Below, one piece after another: positions 9,037 through 18,204 of a stretch of DNA of 28,107 bases. The stretch lies in IMG/VR virus record IMGVR_UViG_3300016649_000292, positions 1-28,107 of that record; one strand, 5' to 3'. This DNA is from a virus (lineage: Duplodnaviria; Caudoviricetes). A program made the position numbers and the translations under genes. The notes under the pieces were generated by a model that had not been told where the DNA came from, did not search any database, and saw only the letters and a program-made list of their open reading frames with translations. How positions within the stretch are numbered: position 1 is the first letter of the stretch; each line of letters starts with the position of its first letter.

Positions 9037-10067
9037 GTGAATATTGTTATTTCCCTTTACTTAAGACTCGTGATGCTGAGCTAAAAGCAGTGTCTAAGTT
9101 TAATCCGGAAGATTTTGATAGTGTTTTACCTATATATGAATTAACCAAGTCACGGAAAACTAAAATAGCTCCTGATGGTGATATCCATAGAAAAATGTCG
9201 GCCATTAAGGAGATACAAGGAGGCAGACCATTTATTTTGGATGTTACATCTAATGAAAAATATATAAACTATCAACTAGAACAACTTTTAGATGAAAACA
9301 ATTCATTTTATGAATGGCAATATTTCATAAATTTATACAGTGATATGAATATCATACCCATGATTCACTTGTATGATGAGGATGACTTTACTGAGGTGTC
9401 AGGTTTTGTTAGAACCATGTCCGAAACTAAAGAACACCTTGCCGTTAGATTGCCCTATAACCTTGATAACTATAAAAAATTCATAAAACCTATATATGAC
9501 AACCTCTCTGATGACTGCAAACTGTATGTGATTTTGGATGGTGAGCAAGTTATGAAAGGAAAATCAGAAACTATCACTGATGATTTTATCTTCGCGTGCT
9601 CAGAACTTGAAGAGTTCGAGCAAAAAATTGAAGATATCATAACCGTATGTACATCCTTCCCATTGAGTCCTGCTGCAGAAGGGAACGATGATCACGGAGA
9701 GTTTTCCATTCTTGAGGAAGAAATATTCAAGAATGTTTCTTCCGAGTGGCCCATTAAATATGGTGATTATGCTTCTATAAATATTCAACAGGTTGAGATT
9801 AAAGGAGGGACTTTTGTTCCTCGAATAGACATTTGCCTGGAAAAAGAGTTCATATATAAAAGATATCGCAGGAATGCGGGAAGCTATATTCTCTGTGCTA
9901 AAAAAATGGTTGCAGATGAAAGATATAAGTCATTAGGAGTATGGGCTGATGAAGAAATAGTCAGCGCCGCTAATGGTGAGCCATCTGGCATCAGTCCTTC
10001 ATTTTGGATAGCGGTAAGAATGAACTATTATATGACGTCTCGAACAAGACTGAGATTAAAGGACTAA
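9033..10067 (+). CDS. Beta-family protein (P4 beta / sce7725-like)
   Basis: YFPLLKTRDAELKA N-terminus, TSFP, YGDYASI, PRID and W..VRMNYYM motifs recognised from the Beta family; ATGA overlap with the peptidase. Confidence 0.7.
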   Translation: MSEYCYFPLLKTRDAELKAVSKFNPEDFDSVLPIYELTKSRKTKIAPDGDIHRKMSAIKEIQGGRPFILDVTSNEKYINYQLEQLLDENNSFYEWQYFINLYSDMNIIPMIHLYDEDDFTEVSGFVRTMSETKEHLAVRLPYNLDNYKKFIKPIYDNLSDDCKLYVILDGEQVMKGKSETITDDFIFACSELEEFEQKIEDIITVCTSFPLSPAAEGNDDHGEFSILEEEIFKNVSSEWPIKYGDYASINIQQVEIKGGTFVPRIDICLEKEFIYKRYRRNAGSYILCAKKMVADERYKSLGVWADEEIVSAANGEPSGISPSFWIAVRMNYYMTSRTRLRLKD

Positions 10068-10667
10068 TTCTAAAGATGACATTCTTGTGAGAGTGAGAAT
10101 GTCATCTGAATGAATTTTTTCTCCGACTTCTTTCAAAAACATTCCAAAAGGGATAGCAATTTTCTTATACACATCTTTTCTAGAAATGACTCTTATTTCA
10201 TCGAGACTTTTTTGCTTAGAAAGCATTTCGCAAAGTTCATGTTTTGACTTGATTTTTTTATCCGCTACAATTTTACGGAGATGACGAATATCGATAGTAC
10301 TCGCCAAAGAAATTTTATCATGATTTCTAATGTGGTAGGACTTTCTTACTTGAGTAACAACTTCATCTTCGACAAGCAAAACACCTACGCTACGTGGTAT
10401 TTTTTTTCTAATGCTATCTAGATTTGATTTCTCACAAACAACAAAACATAAGTCGAAGTATTTTTTATAACTTTCAATTTGACTTTCTAAACGATCGGTA
10501 TTATCTCCTGCTCCTTTGATTTCATAAGCCGTAAGTTTTCCTTCAGACATGCTAATTATATCAGCCCTACGAGTCCCGAAATCAAAACGAAACTCAGAGC
10601 TTATGACGTTAGTTTTACATTTAATTAAAGACTCTATCAGAATCTTCTTTATTTCAATTTCTTTCAT
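10056..10667 (-). CDS. sce7726/MmcB-like PD-(D/E)XK nuclease-fold protein
   Basis: EFRF...RADII...AYEIKGAGDNTDRLESQIESYKKYFD...VGVL; convergent with the Beta gene, 12-nt 3' overlap. Confidence 0.7.
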   Translation of the reverse strand: MKEIEIKKILIESLIKCKTNVISSEFRFDFGTRRADIISMSEGKLTAYEIKGAGDNTDRLESQIESYKKYFDLCFVVCEKSNLDSIRKKIPRSVGVLLVEDEVVTQVRKSYHIRNHDKISLASTIDIRHLRKIVADKKIKSKHELCEMLSKQKSLDEIRVISRKDVYKKIAIPFGMFLKEVGEKIHSDDILTLTRMSSLELVL

Positions 10668-10749
10668 TACTTTTCACCATCTACACATTAGACATATTAT
10701 TTAGTTTTTATGGTTATTTGTACAGTGCTTTTTATCTCTATGGGTAATC

Positions 10750-11208
10750 TTAATTTGTGAAGAAACTCAGAACTTGTACAAGTTCATCTTCAACAATCTT
10801 CATATCCTCCGCATCCAACCCTAGTAGCGGGCGCGCCGGATACTGCATTTCTTTTGCCCGGACAGACGGACGATCCCGCAGCCCGTACTGATGCACCTTC
10901 GCCATGCGCTGAACTTGGCCGGTGAATTCCACCACCGCGTCGTCAGCGGTGCCTTTGGCCTTCATATATTTGGCCGTGCGCAGTTTGGCGAACATTTCCT
11001 GCTTAATGCGGCCTTTCTTTGCCCGCAAAGGCTGCGGACGGCGTGGCGTGAACGGCTGACCGTCAGGTGTAACCTGCTGCTTGATACGCTGCTGCTGATG
11101 TTTGCGCAGACGCTTCGCAATAGTTGCCGCCATCGCCTTCCGACTTTGCGGTGACAGCGCCGCAATCAATCCCGCCAGGCGGGTATCAAACACTGACAGC
11201 TCACTCAT
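10750..11208 (-). CDS. S: Tail completion / virion morphogenesis protein S
   Basis: QVTPDGQPFTPRR, VHQYGLRDR and YPARPLLG motifs. Confidence 0.92.
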   Translation of the reverse strand: MSELSVFDTRLAGLIAALSPQSRKAMAATIAKRLRKHQQQRIKQQVTPDGQPFTPRRPQPLRAKKGRIKQEMFAKLRTAKYMKAKGTADDAVVEFTGQVQRMAKVHQYGLRDRPSVRAKEMQYPARPLLGLDAEDMKIVEDELVQVLSFFTN

Positions 11209-11668
11209 GCCACTGACTCACTAACTCGCCGTGCAGGTACAGTTCACGCGGCCTTTCCACCGGCTCCGGCAGAGGCGGTTCCGGAAAATGCTCCACGTAC
11301 AGACCGGCATCAATCTGTTTGACGATCACGCGCTCGGTGAGCTGCACATCAATAGCGATATCGTAGGCACCATCATCCAGCATATCGGCCTTGAATTTAA
11401 AGCCGGTCTGCTGCTTCTCCGGTGTCGCCATGATGTCCGGCTGATTCTCACGCAGCCAGGCCAGAATGGGCACCACGATCAGATCGCAGTCCTGGGCAAA
11501 GTTGGTGATCAGCAGCTCGGTCTGATACTGGTATTCAAACGACAGCGAGCTGGCTAACGTGGAAACGATGCGCCCGTTATCCACAAACATTCGCAACTGG
11601 TCGGGGCTGGTTTGCAGCACGGGCACGGCGTCAGTTAAGGCTTTTCGCAGCTGTGCGGGTTTTAACAC
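11201..11668 (-). CDS. R: Tail completion protein R
   Basis: MLKPAQLRKALTDAVP...ILAWLRENQPD. Confidence 0.93.
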   Translation of the reverse strand: MLKPAQLRKALTDAVPVLQTSPDQLRMFVDNGRIVSTLASSLSFEYQYQTELLITNFAQDCDLIVVPILAWLRENQPDIMATPEKQQTGFKFKADMLDDGAYDIAIDVQLTERVIVKQIDAGLYVEHFPEPPLPEPVERPRELYLHGELVSQWHE

Positions 11669-11921
11669 GGTGTTCCTCCTGGCATTGTTTGACCGCTTCC
11701 ACCTGGAGGCCGCAGGCGGTCAGCGCGGCCTCCAGGTTTCTGACATCACTGCTTAAATCGCCGTTAGTGGCCGGTAAGCTTGCCGGTATCGGGCAGCTCG
11801 TTACCGCCGGACAGCCAACGTAAATAATCTGCGGCGTTGGCAAAGGCGGGACGTTGGTGCATCCGGCCAATACCGTCAGGCAGACGAGCGCTGTACCAGT
11901 CGCGCATTTCCTGATTTTCAT
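11631..11921 (-). CDS. lysC: Outer-membrane spanin (Rz1-like lipoprotein)
   Basis: Start reassigned to ATG 11921: MKIRKCATGTALVCLTVLAGC lipobox, Pro-rich mature region; overlaps lysB in another frame. Confidence 0.8.
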   Translation of the reverse strand: MKIRKCATGTALVCLTVLAGCTNVPPLPTPQIIYVGCPAVTSCPIPASLPATNGDLSSDVRNLEAALTACGLQVEAVKQCQEEHRVKTRTAAKSLN

Positions 11922-12189
11922 TGAGTAACCTTTGAATGTCATATTCACGATCCCTCGCCTGCTGACTTGCCCGTGAGAGCTGCGCGCGCAGGCTTTGTTC
12001 CTGGCGTTCACGCGTTACAGCCTCATCGCTCAGGCGGCTAATGGCGTTGTCTCGGCTTTCAATACCGGCGGACAGCGTGCCGATTATGCGTTGCGCCTGG
12101 TCTGCTTCGTCATGCAGGCCGCCGATACGCCAGGTTTGCAGCCCCGCCAGCGCGCAGGCTGCCAGCAGTAGCAAAATTAAAATGCGCAT
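11764..12189 (-). CDS. lysB: Inner-membrane spanin (Rz-like)
   Basis: N-terminal TM, coiled coil, RLLNENQEMRDWYSARLPD motif. Confidence 0.88.
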   Translation of the reverse strand: MRILILLLLAACALAGLQTWRIGGLHDEADQAQRIIGTLSAGIESRDNAISRLSDEAVTRERQEQSLRAQLSRASQQARDREYDIQRLLNENQEMRDWYSARLPDGIGRMHQRPAFANAADYLRWLSGGNELPDTGKLTGH

Positions 12190-12698
12190 CAGACACCCCG
12201 CAGGCAGTAGGCCAGCTCATTCGTGCGGCGGCGCTCCAGGCCGGTGACGCGCTCGCCCTTCACAAACACCCAGCGCGGCAACTGCTCGCAGGCGTCACGC
12301 CATCGACCTTTATTGATGAAAAACCCTAACGTTGATTTGCACGCCGCCGTCACGCCGACGTTAAACGCAAAGGAAACCACGGCGTCGTACACCGGCTGCG
12401 GCATGGCAACAGGCATACAGCGCGCAATCCCTTTCTCCACCCGCATCACGTCTTCCACCAGGTTAATGGCGGCCTGCCGTTCGCTGATTTGCGTTTGCGG
12501 CTTCACGCCTGCGGTGTGCCCGATGCCGTTTGTCCAGACGCCCGCGCTGCACTGATAGGCGGACAGGCGGCAGCCTTCGGCATCGGCAATCAGTGCCAGA
12601 CCGGCGGCAGACGTTTTCAACGTGGGCGTTTGCGGCAGCAGCGCGGCAATCGCCAGAACAGCGGCGACGGCGCAGCGCCTAACGATTGATGGCTGCAT
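12189..12698 (-). CDS. SAR endolysin, GH24 lysozyme with Cys-containing triad
   Basis: Ala-rich N-terminal SAR segment; E41-X8-C50-X5-T56 triad; GLERRR C-terminal motif. Confidence 0.88.
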   Translation of the reverse strand: MQPSIVRRCAVAAVLAIAALLPQTPTLKTSAAGLALIADAEGCRLSAYQCSAGVWTNGIGHTAGVKPQTQISERQAAINLVEDVMRVEKGIARCMPVAMPQPVYDAVVSFAFNVGVTAACKSTLGFFINKGRWRDACEQLPRWVFVKGERVTGLERRRTNELAYCLRGV

Positions 12699-12894
12699 TG
12701 ATTTCTCCCCTGACGCCCATGGCTTTCAGTAGGCGGTACGTTTTGCGCCGGTAGTACCAGTTCACCAGGAAGGTCGCGACGCCGACGCCCGCCCCCACCA
12801 GAAAGGCGATATCTTGCGGTGACATTGCGCCGAGCCAGGCAAGAAAGGCCGCGACGCAGTAACAGATAAACGAGGTGATGCGCTCCATGGTCAT
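12679..12894 (-). CDS. Holin (HP1/186-type)
   Basis: Hydrophobic segments followed by LVNWYYRRKTYRLL; TGATG overlap with the X stop; upstream of the endolysin. Confidence 0.85.
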   Translation of the reverse strand: MTMERITSFICYCVAAFLAWLGAMSPQDIAFLVGAGVGVATFLVNWYYRRKTYRLLKAMGVRGEINAAINR

Positions 12895-13097
12895 CAGTCC
12901 CAAAGTGAGACGGTTTCACTGACTGCGGCCTGGGTAATATCCGGCAGTTCCACCGCGTAGCCATGGGGCAAAATCGCCCCCTGTTCGGCTAACCCCACGT
13001 TAGCCGCGTAAACCTGTTCAACCACCGACTCGGTGCGCCCGTAATACCGCCAGCACAGCAGATCCACGGTGTCGCCCTGTTCGGCAGTGACTTTCAT
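12894..13097 (-). CDS. X: Tail protein X (LysM-like)
   Basis: AEQGDTVDLLCWRYYG...VSLWD. Confidence 0.93.
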   Translation of the reverse strand: MKVTAEQGDTVDLLCWRYYGRTESVVEQVYAANVGLAEQGAILPHGYAVELPDITQAAVSETVSLWD

Positions 13098-13567
13098 CAG
13101 AGCAGCCCGATGATGCAGTGCGATACACCAGCGACGTCGCTGATCGCGTTGCGCCCGTCACGCCATAAATCATCCACCGTGCTTTCCACGATCGCGGCCT
13201 TTTGGCTGCCCTTGTCGGTGGTGTCGTTATTCGGGTAACGCTCCGCCAGGAAGGCCGCCGCGATAGACGCCACGGCGCGCTGATAGGCGCAGACCTTCAC
13301 GCTTTCGTCATCAATCTGATCGGCGGGAACATCCGCCAGGCGTTTAAAGCCCTGGGCAATCTGCGCATCGCGAAAGCTGAACAGCTCGGCGTTCACTTCG
13401 GTCATGGCAAACTTTGCGGCTGTGCGCAGCCTTTTCGCCGTGACGGTGCCCTCGAGGCGCAGCGTGTCGCGCAGCTCAACCGGATCCACATCAGGCCAAA
13501 AGTGGGTATTTTTAATCGCGGGTTCCGTCGCGGCGTCCGGTTTCGGTGCAGGTACAACAAGGGACAT
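13097..13567 (-). CDS. L: Head completion/stabilisation protein L
   Basis: IKNTHFWPDVD and DDLWRDGRNAISD motifs; synteny. Confidence 0.92.
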   Translation of the reverse strand: MSLVVPAPKPDAATEPAIKNTHFWPDVDPVELRDTLRLEGTVTAKRLRTAAKFAMTEVNAELFSFRDAQIAQGFKRLADVPADQIDDESVKVCAYQRAVASIAAAFLAERYPNNDTTDKGSQKAAIVESTVDDLWRDGRNAISDVAGVSHCIIGLL

Positions 13568-13662
13568 AATGACCTCTGAATGGGGGGCGGTGGACGCCAG
13601 CGTCGAACAAGGTCAAAGACCGGTCTCGGCTGGCGTGCCGCCCTGCGCGGGGCGCATTCTTT

Positions 13663-14319
13663 TTAGCTGCCGGATGCCTTTTTAATGGCAGACTCCAGGC
13701 GCTCAATGTCTTTTTTTACGCCTGATTTGCCGTCGAGAATGAGGGCACTTTTCAGACGCTCCAGGGCTAACGTGTCCTTGCCGCCGTCGCGGTAGAGATA
13801 GCCGATAATTTTGTGCAACTGGGCACGGACTTTATCGGGCATATCCTCACTGTCAGTCAGTTCAAGCACTTCCAGCATCAGCTCAACGCTGACCGGTTCA
13901 CCGGCGGTGCGGGCACGTACAGCCTGGTCGATCACTTCCTCAGTGAAAGCGCATCCTGCCGTGCGGGTGCCGAACGGCATCGCGAGCCGGTGTTTAAAGG
14001 CATAGCGGGCAATGTTCAGCGCACCGGCAATATCACCGGCGTCAATACGCCAGACCATGACGGTCATCAGGATGGCATCCTGTGCGCCGTTCCCTTCGGC
14101 CAGCACGCCCGACACCCACGGGGCGTATTCAGGGAGCAGCTTGCGTTTCAATTCCGCTTTCGCCTGGAAGGACTGGAGCTTGTGCAGTGCCTGTTTATCC
14201 GCATTGAGCTTTTGCATCTGCAGTTCGTAGCCGGTGGCGTGGGTCAGCTGACCGGCGGCCTGCTGTGCGGCGATGATGGCTGACTGTCGCAACATGTGAC
14301 GACGGCAAGGGCTAATCAT
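13663..14319 (-). CDS. M: Terminase endonuclease (small) subunit M
   Basis: KAELKRKLLPEYAPWVSGVL...QDAILMTVMVWRIDAGD...GVKKDIERLE. Confidence 0.93.
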   Translation of the reverse strand: MISPCRRHMLRQSAIIAAQQAAGQLTHATGYELQMQKLNADKQALHKLQSFQAKAELKRKLLPEYAPWVSGVLAEGNGAQDAILMTVMVWRIDAGDIAGALNIARYAFKHRLAMPFGTRTAGCAFTEEVIDQAVRARTAGEPVSVELMLEVLELTDSEDMPDKVRAQLHKIIGYLYRDGGKDTLALERLKSALILDGKSGVKKDIERLESAIKKASGS

Positions 14320-14330
14320 GACGTCCCCCT

Positions 14331-15395
14331 TTATTCCGCTGATTCAGGCGCGGTGGTTTTGAAGGTGCCGAGCTGGATGTTTTCGACCAGGCAGCCGCCG
14401 CGATAGTCTTCCACCACGAAATCCTCATTAATGGATTCGTAGTTTTCGATGCGGTCACGCTTTGGCACTTCTTCGATGTGGCGGCGGTGTGAACCGTCCA
14501 TCCAGTAAATGGACAGGTTATCCAGGCGGGTGATAAAGAAAGCATTGGCAGGGAATCCGGGCACGCGCACCGCCGGTAAGTTACCGATGCGCTTCTGGCT
14601 GATAATCATATCCGCCGCCAGGCTTTCGGTATTTTCCTGCGCCTTGTTCACCAGCGGGAAATACTTGTCTGCCAGCAACTGACGGCCGCAGATCACCACC
14701 AGGCCGGTATCGTCCTGATAAATCGGGTCAACCATGTTGTTGGTGGCATCCATCACCAGCGCGTCCAGGTTCTCAAAGTCACCCCCGGCACCGACGCGAA
14801 CGGTCGCAGAAATCACGGCGTCATCCTCGCCGAGAATTTTGCTCATCACGCGCTCCGGCGCATTGTTGCGGTACTTTTGCAGCCAGCCCACGTTCACGTC
14901 CTGCAACAGCGGGTTTTTGGTGCGGTTTGATGTCGCCGCACGCTCAACGCCGTTAAAGCCGATGGTGATGCGATCCAGCGCCTGGCGTTTCACAATGGCG
15001 TCACGTAAACGCGCCTGGAAATCCTGATAGCGCGCCCAGAGATCGAGCGTGGCGTAGCGGAAATGGAAATCGTAGTTCGTCTGGCGGCACTCATAGCCCT
15101 CAGCGGTCAGGGTATTGAAGTCAGCCGTCTGGCGTTCACCGTTGCCGCTGGTGTCTGCGGTGCTGGCAATCGAACCAGACACGCCCACGCCAACCTTTTC
15201 CCCCTTCATTTCATCCACGGGCACGATGTTAATCATCTGCAGGAACGCGGAGGATTCCTGCACGCGGGTCATCAGCGTCTGCGTCACCGACGGCTCCACG
15301 CTGAATTTTTTATTCAGGTCGCCGGTGTCCACCGAGTTAAGTTCAGCAATGCGGGACAGGAAGGCGTTAAATTGAAAACGGGTAGTTTGTTTCAT
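14331..15395 (-). CDS. N: Major capsid protein N
   Basis: KFSVEPSVTQTL and NPLLQDVNVGWLQKYR motifs; 354 aa. Confidence 0.96.
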   Translation of the reverse strand: MKQTTRFQFNAFLSRIAELNSVDTGDLNKKFSVEPSVTQTLMTRVQESSAFLQMINIVPVDEMKGEKVGVGVSGSIASTADTSGNGERQTADFNTLTAEGYECRQTNYDFHFRYATLDLWARYQDFQARLRDAIVKRQALDRITIGFNGVERAATSNRTKNPLLQDVNVGWLQKYRNNAPERVMSKILGEDDAVISATVRVGAGGDFENLDALVMDATNNMVDPIYQDDTGLVVICGRQLLADKYFPLVNKAQENTESLAADMIISQKRIGNLPAVRVPGFPANAFFITRLDNLSIYWMDGSHRRHIEEVPKRDRIENYESINEDFVVEDYRGGCLVENIQLGTFKTTAPESAE

Positions 15396-15440
15396 GCGTT
15401 TTTTCCAAATTTGTTAACGGATTAATAGCGAGTGTTGTAC

Positions 15441-16292
15441 TCAGCAGTCGGTGAAATGGGCTGCATCACCCTTGCCGCCGCCGCTTGAAACGGGACGCTG
15501 CGTGTAGTTCTGCGGCGCGGATTTCTCCAGCTTGCCTTTCAGCGTGCTGAACTGGTCGCGATCGTCTTTCGCCGATTTCTCCAGCGCGTTCAGACGTTCT
15601 GTCACGGTGCCCTCCAGCGCGGACAGCTTTTCATCAGTGGCTTTCAGGCCGGTTTCGACGTGTTCCACCACCACTTCCACCGCGTCATGCACGTCTTTAA
15701 AACGGGCATCGTCTGAGGCGGATTTGCTGGAAAGCAGCTGTTTCACGCGGGAGAACAGCGACGGGGCGGCCGGTGCTTCTTCCACAAACTCGAACGCCGT
15801 TTCTTCGGCGGCGGTAAAGAGGTTTCCGGCATCCTGTTTACGGCTCGCCAATGGGTTCAGCTGTGCCTTCGCGCTGAATTGCAGGTACTCGGTGCCGAGG
15901 CTGGCGGGGCTGTCGGTCACGGCCAGGCCGATCAGGTAGGCTTTGCCGGTATCGGAAAACGAGGGGTTCACTTCAATGGAGGTGTAAACCTTCTGGCGGG
16001 CTTTCACCATTGAGACTAAATCCGGCGTCGGGTCGATATCGGCATACAGTGCGAGCTTGCCTTTCAGCGCGCCGTCTGCCACTTCTTCGGCGTAAACGCC
16101 GGTGACATCTCCGTACATACGAAACGCACTGTCAGGAAAATATCCCTTGATGTGCTCCATGTTGATGCGTGCGCCGTAGACCTTCGGGTCATAGGTCGCC
16201 GCCATCTGTTCAATCCACTCGCGGGTGATTTCGCGTCCGTCGGTGGTTGCCCCTTCGGTACAGATGCGAAAACGCTTTGCTTTTGTTGCCAT
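15441..16292 (-). CDS. O: Capsid scaffolding/protease protein O
   Basis: FRICTEGATTDGREI...YLIGLAVTDSPASLGTE. Confidence 0.95.
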   Translation of the reverse strand: MATKAKRFRICTEGATTDGREITREWIEQMAATYDPKVYGARINMEHIKGYFPDSAFRMYGDVTGVYAEEVADGALKGKLALYADIDPTPDLVSMVKARQKVYTSIEVNPSFSDTGKAYLIGLAVTDSPASLGTEYLQFSAKAQLNPLASRKQDAGNLFTAAEETAFEFVEEAPAAPSLFSRVKQLLSSKSASDDARFKDVHDAVEVVVEHVETGLKATDEKLSALEGTVTERLNALEKSAKDDRDQFSTLKGKLEKSAPQNYTQRPVSSGGGKGDAAHFTDC

Positions 16293-16436
16293 GTGTCGGA
16301 CTCCGGTCGGTGTGTGCTTCTGAGGGGTTCAAGTTTCCAGACACACGCCTGACATCGCCAGCCGAGGCGGGTTGATGCTTGATGGCACAACGTGGGCAGC
16401 AGGAAAATCAGCGTGCCGCCCGTTAACGTGGCAGTC

Positions 16437-18203
16437 ATGAAAACGACTCACTCAACCATCATCAGCGACCCACGGCGACAGGCGGCACTGCTTTACTGGC
16501 AGGGTTTTTCCGTCCGTCAGATCGCGGAGATGCTGAACCAAAAGTTACCGACGGTGCAGAGCTGGAAAACACGCAACGCCTGGGACAACGTCGCGCCCAT
16601 TTCCCGCGTGGAGTCCAGCCTGGAAGCGCGCCTGATTCAGCTCACCACCAAAGACGTCAAAGGGAATGCGGACTACAAAGAGATGGAGGCGTTAGGCCGG
16701 TTAATGGAACGTCTGGCAAGGGTGAACCGCTACAGCCAGAGCGGAAATGAGGTGGATTTAAACCCGAAGATTGCTAACCGGAATAAAGGCGACCGCAAGA
16801 AACCGACTAAGAACTTTTTCAGCGAGGAGTCGCTGGCGGAGCTGGAGCAAATTTTCTTTAAGAAGTGTTTCCCTTATCAGCGCATCTGGTATGACGCGGG
16901 GCTTAAGCATCGTATCCGAGACATCCTGAAATCTCGCCAGATTGGCGCAACGTTCTTCTTCGCCCGGGAAGCGCTGCTGCGCGCGCTCTCCACCGGTCAT
17001 AACCAAATTTTCCTTTCTGCCAGTAAAACCCAGGCTTACGTGTTCCGTGAATACATCATCCAGTTTGCGCGCCTGGTCGATGTCGAACTGACCGGCGACC
17101 CGATAGTGCTTGGCAACAACGGCGCGAAGCTGATTTTCTTAGGCACCAACTCCAACACCGCCCAAAGCCATAACGGCGACCTGTACGTGGACGAAATCTT
17201 TTGGATCCCCAACTTCCAGAAGCTGCGCAAGGTCGCCAGCGGCATGGCGTCCCAGGAACATCTGCGCACCACCTATTTCTCCACGCCGTCAGCGCTGACG
17301 CACGGCGCGTACCCGTTCTGGTCGGGTGAACTGTTTAACAAGGGACGGGAAGATCGCAACGACAGGATTGAGCTGGATATCAGCCACCACGCCCTGGCGA
17401 AAGGCCAGCTTTGCGGCGACGGCCAGTGGCGGCAAATCGTCACCATTGAAGATGCGTTAGCCGGTGGCTGCAACCTGTTCAACATCGATACGCTGAAACA
17501 AGAGAACAGCGCGGAGGATTTCCGCAACCTGTTCATGTGTGAATTTGTTGACGATCAGGCGTCGGTGTTCCCGTTCGCCGAACTGCAACGGTGCATGGTG
17601 GAAAGCGCGGAGGAATGGCAGGACTTCAGCCCGTTTGCGATGCGCCCGTTTGGTTATCGCGCCGTCTGGATTGGTTACGACCCGTCGCACACCGGCGACA
17701 GTGCAGGCTGCGCCGTCGTGGCTCCGCCGCTGGTGGATGGGGGCAAGTTCCGCGTACTGGAACGCCATCAATGGAAGGGTATGGATTTTGCCGCCCAGGC
17801 GAAAAGCATTGAGGAGTTAACGAAACGCTACTGCGTGGAATACATCGGCGTGGATGCCACCGGCATCGGCCAGGGCGTGTTCCAGCTTGTCCGGCAGTTC
17901 TTCCCCGCCGCGATGGAAATCCGCTACAGCCCGGAAACGAAAACGAAAATGGTGCTGAAAGCGAAAGACACCATCACGTCCGGGCGTCTGGAGTACGACA
18001 CCAACCATAAAGACATCACCTCGTCATTCATGGCAATCCGCAAAACCATGACCGCCAGCGGCAGCCGCTCCACCTATGAGGCCAGCCGCAGCGAGGAAGC
18101 CAGTCACGCGGATGTCGCCTGGGCAATCATGCACGCACTGCTTAACGAACCGCTGACCGCCGCGAACGGCGGCCAAAGCCCTAACATCCTGGAGTTTTAT
18201 TAA
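16437..18203 (+). CDS. P: Terminase ATPase (large) subunit P
   Basis: DPRRQAALLYWQG, ILKSRQIGAT (Walker A-like), LYVDE (Walker B), HADVAWA. Start set at ATG 16437. Confidence 0.96.
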   Translation: MKTTHSTIISDPRRQAALLYWQGFSVRQIAEMLNQKLPTVQSWKTRNAWDNVAPISRVESSLEARLIQLTTKDVKGNADYKEMEALGRLMERLARVNRYSQSGNEVDLNPKIANRNKGDRKKPTKNFFSEESLAELEQIFFKKCFPYQRIWYDAGLKHRIRDILKSRQIGATFFFAREALLRALSTGHNQIFLSASKTQAYVFREYIIQFARLVDVELTGDPIVLGNNGAKLIFLGTNSNTAQSHNGDLYVDEIFWIPNFQKLRKVASGMASQEHLRTTYFSTPSALTHGAYPFWSGELFNKGREDRNDRIELDISHHALAKGQLCGDGQWRQIVTIEDALAGGCNLFNIDTLKQENSAEDFRNLFMCEFVDDQASVFPFAELQRCMVESAEEWQDFSPFAMRPFGYRAVWIGYDPSHTGDSAGCAVVAPPLVDGGKFRVLERHQWKGMDFAAQAKSIEELTKRYCVEYIGVDATGIGQGVFQLVRQFFPAAMEIRYSPETKTKMVLKAKDTITSGRLEYDTNHKDITSSFMAIRKTMTASGSRSTYEASRSEEASHADVAWAIMHALLNEPLTAANGGQSPNILEFY

Positions 18204-18204
18204 T

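Noticed and set aside
10710-10725. LexA box-like CTGTACAAATAACCAT upstream of the nuclease-like gene
   Set aside because: It lacks the essential terminal CAG and the region is AT-rich, so a chance match is plausible.
12886-12894. Met-Thr-Met possible holin/antiholin dual start
   Set aside because: No basic residue between the starts as in lambda S; the first ATG is explained by TGATG coupling to X.
16372-16390. Late activator site for the divergent O/P promoters
   Set aside because: Expected here, but the sequence gives only TGA-N11-ACA, so I cannot call it precisely.
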